Source of the DNA: the human T2T-CHM13v2.0 reference genome, Homo sapiens
Assembly: GCF_009914755.1 (NCBI RefSeq)
Contig: NC_060942.1
Length of the DNA stretch: 64,000 bases
Direction: 5' to 3' (one strand)
Below, piece by piece: positions 12,101 through 24,600 of the stretch. A program made the translations under genes and the position numbers. Numbering within the stretch: the first letter of the stretch is position 1; the number at the start of each line of letters is the position of its first letter. The notes under the pieces were generated by a model, which did no database searches, was not told the origin of the DNA, and saw nothing but the letters and a program-made list of their open reading frames with translations.

Positions 12101-15100
12101 TTGTAGTGTGTGTAAGTGGACATTTGGAGCGCTTTCCGGGCTAAGGTGAACAAGGAAATATCTTCCCATAAAAACTAGACAGAAGCATTCTCAGAAACTT
12201 ACTCGTGATGTGTGTCCTCAACTAAAGGAGTAGAACCTTTCTTTTCATAGAGAAGTTTTGAAACGCTCTTTTTGTGGAATCTGCAAGTGGATATTTGGCT
12301 AGTTTGGAGGATTTCGTTGGAAGCGGGAATTCATACAAGATGCAGACTGCAGCGTTCTGAGAAACATCTTTGTGATGTTTGTATTCAGGACACAGAGTTG
12401 AACATTCCCTATCATAGAGCAGGTTTGAATCACTCCTTTTGTAGTATCTGGAAGTGGACATTTGGAGCGCTTTCAGGCCTATGTTGGAAAAGGAAATATC
12501 TTCCCATAACAACTAGACAGAAGCATTCCCAGAAACTTATTTGAGATGTGTGTACTCAACTAAGAGAATTGAACCACCGTTTTGAGGGAGCAGTTTGGAA
12601 ACACTCTTTTTCTGGAATCTGCAAGTGGATATTTGGCTAGCTTTGGGGATTTCGCTGGAAGCGGGAATACATATAAAAAGCACACAGCAGCGTTCTGAGA
12701 AACTGCTTTCTGATGTTTGCATTCAAGTCAAAAGTTGAACACTCCCTTTCATAGAGCAGTCTTGAAACACCCCTTTTGTAGTATCTGGAACTGGAAATTT
12801 GGAGCGCTTTCAGGGCTAAGGTGAAAAAGGAAATATCTTCCCATAAAAACTGGACAGAAGCATTCTCAGAAACTTGTTTATGCTGTATCTACTCAACTAA
12901 CAAAGTTGAACCTTTCTTTTGATAGAGCAGTTTTGAAATGCTCTTTTTGTGGAATCTGCAAGTGGATATTTGGCTAGTTTTGAGGATTTCGTTGGAAGCG
13001 GGAATTCATACAAATTGCAGACTGCAGCGTTCTGAGAAACATCTTTGTGATGTTTGTATTCAGGACACAGAGTTGAACATTCCCTATCATAGAGCAGGTT
13101 GGGATCACTCCTTTTGTAGTATCTGGAAGTGGACATTTGGAGCGCTTTCAGGCCTATGTTGAAAAAGGAAAAATCTTCCCATAACAACTAGACAGAAGCA
13201 TTCTCAGAAACTTGTTGGTGATGTGTTTCCTCTACTGACAGAGTTGAACCTTTCTTTTCATAGAGCAGTTTCGAAACACTCTTTTTGTAGAATCTGAAAG
13301 AGGATATTTGCATAGCTCTGAGGATTTCGTGGGAAACGGGATTGTCTTCAGGTAAAATCTAGACAGAAGCATTCTCAGAAACTTCTTCGGGATGTTTGCA
13401 TTCAAGTCACAGAGTAGAACATTCCCTTCGGTAGAGCAGGTTTGAAACACTCTTTTTGTAGTATCTGGAAGTGGACATTTGTTGCGCTTTCAGGCCTATG
13501 TTGGAAAGGGAAATATCTTCCCGTAACAACTAGGCAGAAGCATTCTCAGAAACTTATTTGAGATGTGTGTACTCAACTAAGAGAATTGAACCACCGTTTT
13601 GAAGGAGCAGTTTGGAAACACTCTTTTTCTGGAATCTGCAAGAGGATATTTGCCTAGCTTTGAGGATTTCGTTGGAAAAGGGATTGTCTTCAGATCAAAT
13701 CTAGACAGAAGCATTCTCAGAAACTTCTTTGGGATGTTTGCATTCAAGTCACAGAGTAGAACATTCCTTTGGTAGAGCAGGTTTGAAACACTCTTTTTTT
13801 AGTATATGGAAGTGGACATTTGGAGCGCTTTCAGGCCTACGTTGGAAAAGGAAATATCTTCCCATAACAACTAGACAGAAGCATTCTCAGAAACTAGTTT
13901 CTGATGTGTGTCCTCAACTAACACAGTTGAACATTTCTTTAGACAGAACAGTTTTGAAACACTCTTTTTGTGGAATCTGCAAGTGGATATTTGGCTAGAT
14001 TTGAGGATTTCGTTGGAAACGGGATTACATATAAAAAGCAGACAGCAGCATTCTCAGAAACTTCTTTGTGATGATTGCATTCAAGTCACAGAATTGAACA
14101 TTCCCTTTCACAGAGCAGGTTTGAAACACTCTTTTTGTAGTGTGTGTAAGTGGACATTTGGAGCGCTTTCCGGCCTAAGGTGAACAAGTAAATATCTTCC
14201 CATAAAAACTAGACAGAAGCATTCTCAGAAACTTACTCGTGATGTGTGTCCTCAACTAAAGGAGTAGAACCTTTCTTTTCATAGAGAAGTTTTGAAACGC
14301 TCTTTTTGTGGAATCTGCAAGTGGATATTTGGCTAGTTTGGAGGATTTCGTTGGAAGCGGGAATTCATACAAGATGCAGACTGCAGCGTTCTGAGAAACA
14401 TCTTTGTGATGTTTGTATTCAGGACACAGAGTTGAACATTCCCTATCATAGAGCAGGTTTGAATCACTCCTTTTGTAGTATCTGGAAGTGGACATTTGGA
14501 GCGCTTTCAGGCCTATGTTGGAAAAGGAAATATCTTCCCATAACAACTAGACAGAAGCATTCCCAGAAACTTATTGGAGATGTGTGTACTCAACTATGAG
14601 AATTGAACCACCGTTTTGAAGGAGCAGTTTGGAAACACTCTTTTTCTGGAATCTGCAAGTGGATATTTGGCTAGCTTTGGGGATTTCGCTGTAAGCGGGA
14701 ATACATATAAAAAGCACACAGCAGCGTTCTGAGAAACTGCTTTCTGATGTTTGCATTCAAGTCAAAAGTTGAACACTCCCTTTCATAGAGCAGTCTTGAA
14801 ACACCCCTTTTGTAGTATCTGGAACTGGACATTTGGAGCGCCTTCAGGGCTAAGGTGAAAAAGGAAATATCTTCCCATAAAAACTGGACAGAAGCATTCT
14901 CAGAAACTTGTTTATGCTGTATCTACTCAACTAACAAAGTTGAACCTTTCTTTTGATAGAGCAGTTTTGAAATGCTCTTTTTGTGGAATCTGCAAGTGGA
15001 TATTTGGCTAGTTTTGAGGATTTCGTTGGAAGCGGGAATTCATACAAATTGCAGACTGCAGCGTTCTGAGAAACATCTTTGTGATGTTTGTATTCAGGAC

Positions 15101-16275
15101 AGAGAGTTGAACATTCCCTATCATAGAGCAGGTTGGAATCACTCCTTTTGTAGTATCTGGAAGTGGACATTTGGAGCGCTTTCAGGCCTATGTTGAAAAA
15201 GGAAATATCTTCCCATAACAACTAGACACAAGCATTCTCAGAAACTTGTTTGTGATGTGTGCCCTCTACTGACAGAGTTGAACCTTTCTTTTCATAGAGC
15301 ATTTTTGAAACACTCTTTTTGTAGAATCTGCAAGAGGATATTTGCATAGCTTTGAGGATTTCGTGGGAAACGGGATTGTCTTCAGGTAAAATCTAGACAG
15401 AAGCATTCTCAGAAACTTCTTTGGGATGTTTGCATTCAAGTCACAGAGTAGAACATTCCCTTTGGTAGAGCAGGTTTGAAACACTCTTTTTGTAGTATCT
15501 GGAAGTGGACATTTGGAGCGCTTTCAGGCCTATGTTGGAAAGGGAAATATCTTCCCGTAACAACTAGGCAGAAGCATTCTCAGAAACTTATTTGAGATGT
15601 GTGTACTCAACTAAGAGAATTGAACCACCGTTTTGAAGGAGCAGTTTTGAAACACTCTTTTTCTGGAATCTGCAAGAGGATATTTGCCTAGCCTTGAGGA
15701 TTTCGTTGGAAACGGGATTGTCTTCAGATCAAATCTAGACAGAAGCATTCTCAGAAACTTCTTTGGGATGTTTGCATTCAAGTCACAGAGTAGAACATTC
15801 CCTTTGGTAGAGCAGGTTTGAAACACTCTTTTTTTAGTATATGGAAGTGGACATTTGGAGCGCTTTCAGGCCTACGTTGGAAAAGGAAATATCTTCCCAT
15901 AACAACTAGACAGAAGCATTCTCAGAAACTAGTTTCTGATGTGTGTCCTCAACTAACACAGTTGAACATTTCTTTAGACGGAACAGTTTTGAAACACTCT
16001 TTTTGTGGAATCTGCAAGTGGCTATTTGGCTAGATTTGAGGATTTCGTTGGAAACGGGATTACATATAAAAAGCAGACAGCAGCATTCTCAGAAAGTTCT
16101 TTGTGATGATTGCATTCAAGTCACAGAATTGAACATTCCCTTTCACAGAGCAGGTTTGAAACACTCTTTTTGTAGTGTGTGTAAGTGGACATTTGGAGCG
16201 CTTTCCGGCCTAAGGTGAACAAGGAAATATCTTCCCATAAAAACTAGACAGAAGCATTCTCAGAAACTTACTCGT

Positions 16276-18651
16276 GATGTGTGTCCTCAACTAAAGGAGT
16301 AGAACCTTTCTTTTCATAGAGAAGTTTTGAAACGCTCTTTTTGTGGAATCTGCAAGTGGATATTTGGCTAGTTTGGAGGATTTCGTTGGAAGCGGGAATT
16401 CATACAAGATGCAGACTGCAGCGTTCTGAGAAACATCTTTGTGATGTTTGTATTCAGGACACAGAGTTGAACATTCCCTATCATAGAGCAGGTTTGAATC
16501 ACTCCTTTTGTAGTATCTGGAAGTGGACATTTGGAGCGCTTTCAGGCCTATGTTGGAAAAGGAAATATCTTCCCATAACAACTAGACAGAAGCATTCCCA
16601 AAAACTTATTTGAGATGTGTGTACTCAACTATGAGAATTGAACCACCGTTTTGAAGGAGCAGTTTGGAAACACTCTTTTTCTGGAATCTGCAAGTGGATA
16701 TTTGGCTAGCTTTGGGGATTTCGCTGGAAGCGGGAATACATATAAAAAGCACACAGCAGCGTTCTGAGAAACTGCTTTCTGATGTTTGCATTCAAGTCAA
16801 AAGTTGAACACTCCCTTTCATAGAGCAGTCTTGAAACACCCCTTTTGTAGTATCTGGAACTGGACATTTGGAGCGCCTTCAGGGCTAAGGTGAAAAAGGA
16901 AATATCTTCCCATAAAAACTGGACAGAAGCATTCTCAGAAACTTGTTTATGCTGTATCTACTCAACTAACAAAGTTGAACCTTTCTTTTGATAGAGCAGT
17001 TTTGAAATGCTCTTTTTGTGGAATCTGCAAGTGGATATTTGGCTAGTTTTGAGGATTTCGTTGGAAGCGGGAATTCATACAAATTGCAGACTGCAGCGTT
17101 CTGAGAAACATCTTTGTGATGTTTGTATTCAGGACACAGAGTTGAACATTCCCTATCATAGAGCAGGTTGGGATCACTCCTTTTGTAGTATCTGGAAGTG
17201 GACATTTGGAGCGCTTTCAGGCCTATGTTGAAAAAGGAAAAATCTTCCCATAACAACTAGACAGAAGCATTCTCAGAAACTTGTTGGTGATGTGTTTCCT
17301 CTACTGACAGAGTTGAACCTTTCTTTTCATAGAGCAGTTTCGAAACACTCTTTTTGTAGAATCTGCAAGAGGATATTTGCATAGCTCTGAGGATTTCGTG
17401 GGAAACGGGATTGTCTTCAGGTAAAATCTAGACAGAAGCATTCTCAGAAACTTCTTCGGGATGTTTGCATTCAAGTCACAGAGTAGAACATTCCCTTCGG
17501 TAGAGCAGGTTTGAAACACTCTTTTTGTAGTATCTGGAAGTGGACATTTGTTGCGCTTTCAGGCCTATTTTGGAAAGGGAAATATCTTCCCGTAACAACT
17601 AGGCAGAAGCATTCTCAGAAACTTATTTGAGATGTGTGTACTCAACTAAGAGAATTGAACCACCGTTTTGAAGGAGCAGTTTGGAAACACTCTTTTTCTG
17701 GAATCTGCAAGAGGATATTTGCCTAGCTTTGAGGATTTCGTTGGAAAAGGGATTGTCTTCAGATCAAATCTAGACAGAAGCATTCTCAGAAACTTCTTCG
17801 GGATGTTTGCATTCAAGTCACAGAGTAGAACATTCCCTTCGGTAGAGCAGGTTTGAAACACTCTTTTTGTAGTATCTGGAAGTGGACATTTGTTGCGCTT
17901 TCAGGCCTATGTTGGAAAGGGAAATATCTTCCCGTAACAACTAGGCAGAAGCATTCTCAGAAACTTATTTGAGATGTGTGTACTCAACTAAGAGAATTGA
18001 ACCACCGTTTTGAAGGAGCAGTTTGGAAACACTCTTTTTCTGGAATCTGCAAGAGGATATTTGCCTAGCTTTGAGGATTTCGTTGGAAAAGGGATTGTCT
18101 TCAGATCAAATCTAGACAGAAGCATTCTCAGAAACTTCTTTGGGATGTTTGCATTCAAGTCACAGAGTAGAACATTCCTTTGGTAGAGCAGGTTTGAAAC
18201 ACTCTTTTTTTAGTATATGGAAGTGGACATTTGGAGCGCTTTCAGGCCTACGTTGGAAAAGGAAATATCTTCCCATAACAACTAGACAGAAGCATTCTCA
18301 GAAACTAGTTTCTGATGTGTGTCCTCAACTAACACAGTTGAACATTTCTTTAGACAGAACAGTTTTGAAACACTCTTTTTGTGGAATCTGCAAGTGGATA
18401 TTTGGCTAGATTTGAGGATTTCGTTGGAAACGGGATTACATATAAAAAGCAGACAGCAGCATTCTCAGAAACTTCTTTGTGATGATTGCATTCAAGTCAC
18501 AGAATTGAACATTCCCTTTCACAGAGCAGGTTTGAAACACTCTTTTTGTAGTGTGTGTAAGTGGACATTTGGAGCGCTTTCCGGCCTAAGGTGAACAAGG
18601 AAATATCTTCCCATAAAAACTAGACAGAAGCATTCTCAGAAACTTACTCGT
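16276..18651 (+). repeat. 14-mer HOR structural variant (2376 bp = 2034 + 342; m8-m9 dimer duplicated)
   Basis: Unit spacing is 2376. CTTCTTCGGGATG occurs at ~17451 and again at ~17793, and the degenerate m9 box occurs at 17736 and 18078. Confidence 0.93.
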
Positions 18652-21600
18652 GATGTGTGTCCTCAACTAAAGGAGTAGAACCTTTCTTTTCATAGAGAAG
18701 TTTTGAAACGCTCTTTTTGTGGAATCTGCAAGTGGATATTTGGCTAGTTTGGAGGATTTCGTTGGAAGCGGGAATTCATACAAGATGCAGACTGCAGCGT
18801 TCTGAGAAACATCTTTGTGATGTTTGTATTCAGGACACAGAGTTGAACATTCCCTATCATAGAGCAGGTTTGAATCACTCCTTTTGTAGTATCTGGAAGT
18901 GGACATTTGGAGCGCTTTCAGGCCTATGTTGGAAAAGGAAATATCTTCCCATAACAACTAGACAGAAGCATTCCCAGAAACTTATTGGAGATGTGTGTAC
19001 TCAACTATGAGAATTGAACCACCGTTTTGAAGGAGCAGTTTGGAAACACTCTTTTTCTGGAATCTGCAAGTGGATATTTGGCTAGCTTTGGGGATTTCGC
19101 TGTAAGCGGGAATACATATAAAAAGCACACAGCAGCGTTCTGAGAAACTGCTTTCTGATGTTTGCATTCAAGTCAAAAGTTGAACACTCCCTTTCATAGA
19201 GCAGTCTTGAAACACCCCTTTTGTAGTATCTGGAACTGGACATTTGGAGCGCCTTCAGGGCTAAGGTGAAAAAGGAAATATCTTCCCATAAAAACTGGAC
19301 AGAAGCATTCTCAGAAACTTGTTTATGCTGTATCTACTCAACTAACAAAGTTGAACCTTTCTTTTGATAGAGCAGTTTTGAAATGCTCTTTTTGTGGAAT
19401 CTGCAAGTGGATATTTGGCTAGTTTTGAGGATTTCGTTGGAAGCGGGAATTCATACAAATTGCAGACTGCAGCGTTCTGAGAAACATCTTTGTGATGTTT
19501 GTATTCAGGACAGAGAGTTGAACATTCCCTATCATAGAGCAGGTTGGAATCACTCCTTTTGTAGTATCTGGAAGTGGACATTTGGAGCGCTTTCAGGCCT
19601 ATGTTGAAAAAGGAAATATCTTCCCATAACAACTAGACACAAGCATTCTCAGAAACTTGTTTGTGATGTGTGCCCTCTACTGACAGAGTTGAACCTTTCT
19701 TTTCATAGAGCATTTTTGAAACACTCTTTTTGTAGAATCTGCAAGAGGATATTTGCATAGCTTTGAGGATTTCGTGGGAAACGGGATTGTCTTCAGGTAA
19801 AATCTAGACAGAAGCATTCTCAGAAACTTCTTTGGGATGTTTGCATTCAAGTCACAGAGTAGAACATTCCCTTTGGTAGAGCAGGTTTGAAACACTCTTT
19901 TTGTAGTATCTGGAAGTGGACATTTGGAGCGCTTTCAGGCCTATGTTGGAAAGGGAAATATCTTCCCGTAACAACTAGGCAGAAGCATTCTCAGAAACTT
20001 ATTTGAGATGTGTGTACTCAACTAAGAGAATTGAACCACCGTTTTGAAGGAGCAGTTTTGAAACACTCTTTTTCTGGAATCTGCAAGAGGATATTTGCCT
20101 AGCCTTGAGGATTTCGTTGGAAACGGGATTGTCTTCAGATCAAATCTAGACAGAAGCATTCTCAGAAACTTCTTTGGGATGTTTGCATTCAAGTCACAGA
20201 GTAGAACATTCCCTTTGGTAGAGCAGGTTTGAAACACTCTTTTTTTAGTATATGGAAGTGGACATTTGGAGCGCTTTCAGGCCTACGTTGGAAAAGGAAA
20301 TATCTTCCCATAACAACTAGACAGAAGCATTCTCAGAAACTAGTTTCTGATGTGTGTCCTCAACTAACACAGTTGAACATTTCTTTAGACAGAACAGTTT
20401 TGAAACACTCTTTTTGTGGAATCTGCAAGTGGCTATTTGGCTAGATTTGAGGATTTCGTTGGAAACGGGATTACATATAAAAAGCAGACAGCAGCATTCT
20501 CAGAAAGTTCTTTGTGATGATTGCATTCAAGTCACAGAATTGAACATTCCCTTTCACAGAGCAGGTTTGAAACACTCTTTTTGTAGTGTGTGTAAGTGGA
20601 CATTTGGAGCGCTTTCCGGCCTAAGGTGAACAAGGAAATATCTTCCCATAAAAACTAGACAGAAGCATTCTCAGAAACTTACTCGTGATGTGTGTCCTCA
20701 ACTAAAGGAGTAGAACCTTTCTTTTCATAGAGAAGTTTTGAAACGCTCTTTTTGTGGAATCTGCAAGTGGATATTTGGCTAGTTTGGAGGATTTCATTGG
20801 AAGCGGGAATTCATACAAGATGCAGACTGCAGCGTTCTGAGAAACATCTTTGTGATGTTTGTATTCAGGACACAGAGTTGAACATTCCCTATCATAGAGC
20901 AGGTTTGAATCACTCCTTTTGTAGTATCTGGAAGTGGACATTTGGAGCGCTTTCAGGCCTATGTTGGAAAAGGAAATATCTTCCCATAACAACTAGACAG
21001 AAGCATTCCCAAAAACTTATTTGAGATGTGTGTACTCAACTATGAGAATTGAACCACCGTTTTGAAGGAGCAGTTTGGAAACACTCTTTTTCTGGAATCT
21101 GCAAGTGGATATTTGGCTAGCTTTGGGGATTTCGCTGGAAGCGGGAATACATATAAAAAGCACACAGCAGCGTTCTGAGAAACTGCTTTCTGATGTTTGC
21201 ATTCAAGTCAAAAGTTGAACACTCCCTTTCATAGAGCAGTCTTGAAACACCCCTTTTGTAGTATCTGGAACTGGACATTTGGAGCGCCTTCAGGGCTAAG
21301 GTGAAAAAGGAAATATCTTCCCATAAAAACTGGACAGAAGCATTCTCAGAAACTTGTTTATGCTGTATCTACTCAACTAACAAAGTTGAACCTTTCTTTT
21401 GATAGAGCAGTTTTGAAATGCTCTTTTTGTGGAATCTGCAAGTGGATATTTGGCTAGTTTTGAGGATTTCGTTGGAAGCGGGAATTCATACAAATTGCAG
21501 ACTGCAGCGTTCTGAGAAACATCTTTGTGATGTTTGTATTCAGGACACAGAGTTGAACATTCCCTATCATAGAGCAGGTTGGGATCACTCCTTTTGTAGT

Positions 21601-24600
21601 ATCTGGAAGTGGACATTTGGAGCGCTTTCAGGCCTATGTTGAAAAAGGAAAAATCTTCCCATAACAACTAGACAGAAGCATTCTCAGAAACTTGTTGGTG
21701 ATGTGTTTCCTCTACTGACAGAGTTGAACCTTTCTTTTCATAGAGCAGTTTCGAAACACTCTTTTTGTAGAATCTGCAAGAGGATATTTGCATAGCTCTG
21801 AGGATTTCGTGGGAAACGGGATTGTCTTCAGGTAAAATCTAGACAGAAGCATTCTCAGAAACTTCTTCGGGATGTTTGCATTCAAGTCACAGAGTAGAAC
21901 ATTCCCTTCGGTAGAGCAGGTTTGAAACACTCTTTTTGTCGTATCTGGAAGTGGACATTTGTTGCGCTTTCAGGCCTATGTTGGAAAGGGAAATATCTTC
22001 CCGTAACAACTAGGCAGAAGCATTCTCAGAAACTTATTTGAGATGTGTGTACTCAACTAAGAGAATTGAACCACCGTTTTGAAGGAGCAGTTTGGAAACA
22101 CTCTTTTTCTGGAATCTGCAAGAGGATATTTGCCTAGCTTTGAGGATTTCGTTGGAAAAGGGATTGTCTTCAGATCAAATCTAGACAGAAGCATTCTCAG
22201 AAACTTCTTTGGGATGTTTGCATTCAAGTCACAGAGTAGAACATTCCTTTGGTAGAGCAGGTTTGAAACACTCTTTTTTTAGTATATGGAAGTGGACATT
22301 TGGAGCGCTTTCAGGCCTACGTTGGAAAAGGAAATATCTTCCCATAACAACTAGACAGAAGCATTCTCAGAAACTAGTTTCTGATGTGTGTCCTCAACTA
22401 ACACAGTTGAACATTTCTTTAGACAGAACAGTTTTGAAACACTCTTTTTGTGGAATCTGCAAGTGGATATTTGGCTAGATTTGAGGATTTCGTTGGAAAC
22501 GGGATTACATATAAAAAGCAGACAGCAGCATTCTCAGAAACTTCTTTGTGATGATTGCATTCAAGTCACAGAATTGAACATTCCCTTTCACAGAGCAGGT
22601 TTGAAACACTCTTTTTGTAGTGTGTGTAAGTGGACATTTGGAGCGCTTTCCGGCCTAAGGTGAACAAGGAAATATCTTCCCATAAAAACTAGACAGAAGC
22701 ATTCTCAGAAACTTACTCGTGATGTGTGTCCTCAACTAAAGGAGTAGAACCTTTCTTTTCATAGAGAAGTTTTGAAACGCTCTTTTTGTGGAATCTGCAA
22801 GTGGATATTTGGCTAGTTTGGAGGATTTCGTTGGAAGCGGGAATTCATACAAGATGCAGACTGCAGCGTTCTGAGAAACATCTTTGTGATGTTTGTATTC
22901 AGGACACAGAGTTGAACATTCCCTATCATAGAGCAGGTTTGAATCACTCCTTTTGTAGTATCTGGAAGTGGACATTTGGAGCGCTTTCAGGCCTATGTTG
23001 GAAAAGGAAATATCTTCCCATAACAACTAGACAGAAGCATTCCCAGAAACTTATTTGAGATGTGTGTACTCAACTAAGAGAATTGAACCACCGTTTTGAG
23101 GGAGCAGTTTGGAAACACTCTTTTTCTGGAATCTGCAAGTGGATATTTGGCTAGCTTTGGGGATTTCGCTGGAAGCGGGAATACATATAAAAAGCACACA
23201 GCAGCGTTCTGAGAAACTGCTTTCTGATGTTTGCATTCAAGTCAAAAGTTGAACACTCCCTTTCATAGAGCAGTCTTGAAACACCCCTTTTGTAGTATCT
23301 GGAACTGGAAATTTGGAGCGCTTTCAGGGCTAAGGTGAAAAAGGAAATATCTTCCCATAAAAACTGGACAGAAGCATTCTCAGAAACTTGTTTATGCTGT
23401 ATCTACTCAACTAACAAAGTTGAACCTTTCTTTTGATAGAGCAGTTTTGAAATGCTCTTTTTGTGGAATCTGCAAGTGGATATTTGGCTAGTTTGGAGGA
23501 TTTCATTGGAAGCGGGAATTCATACAAATTGCAGACTGCAGCGTTCTGAGAAACATCTTTGTGATGTTTGTATTCAGGACACAGAGTTGAACATTCCCTA
23601 TCATAGAGCAGGTTGGGATCACTCCTTTTGTAGTATCTGGAAGTGGACATTTGGAGCGCTTTCAGGCCTATGTTGAAAAAGGAAAAATCTTCCCATAACA
23701 ACTAGACAGAAGCATTCTCAGAAACTTGTTGGTGATGTGTTTCCTCTACTGACAGAGTTGAACCTTTCTTTTCATAGAGCAGTTTCGAAACACTCTTTTT
23801 GTAGAATCTGCAAGAGGATATTTGCATAGCTCTGAGGATTTCGTGGGAAACGGGATTGTCTTCAGGTAAAATCTAGACAGAAGCATTCTCAGAAACTTCT
23901 TCGGGATGTTTGCATTCAAGTCACAGAGTAGAACATTCCCTTCGGTAGAGCAGGTTTGAAACACTCTTTTTGTAGTATCTGGAAGTGGACATTTGTTGCG
24001 CTTTCAGGCCTATTTTGGAAAGGGAAATATCTTCCCGTAACAACTAGGCAGAAGCATTCTCAGAAACTTATTTGAGATGTGTGTACTCAACTAAGAGAAT
24101 TGAACCACCGTTTTGAAGGAGCAGTTTGGAAACACTCTTTTTCTGGAATCTGCAAGAGGATATTTGCCTAGCTTTGAGGATTTCGTTGGAAAAGGGATTG
24201 TCTTCAGATCAAATCTAGACAGAAGCATTCTCAGAAACTTCTTTGGGATGTTTGCATTCAAGTCACAGAGTAGAACATTCCTTTGGTAGAGCAGGTTTGA
24301 AACACTCTTTTTTTAGTATATGGAAGTGGACATTTGGAGCGCTTTCAGGCCTACGTTGGAAAAGGAAATATCTTCCCATAACAACTAGACGGAAGCATTC
24401 TCAGAAACTAGTTTCTGATGTGTGTCCTCAACTAACACAGTTGAACATTTCTTTAGACAGAACAGTTTTGAAACACTCTTTTTGTGGAATCTGCAAGTGG
24501 ATATTTGGCTAGATTTGAGGATTTCGTTGGAAACGCGATTACATATAAAAAGCAGACAGCAGCATTCTCAGAAACTTCTTTGTGATGATTGCATTCAAGT

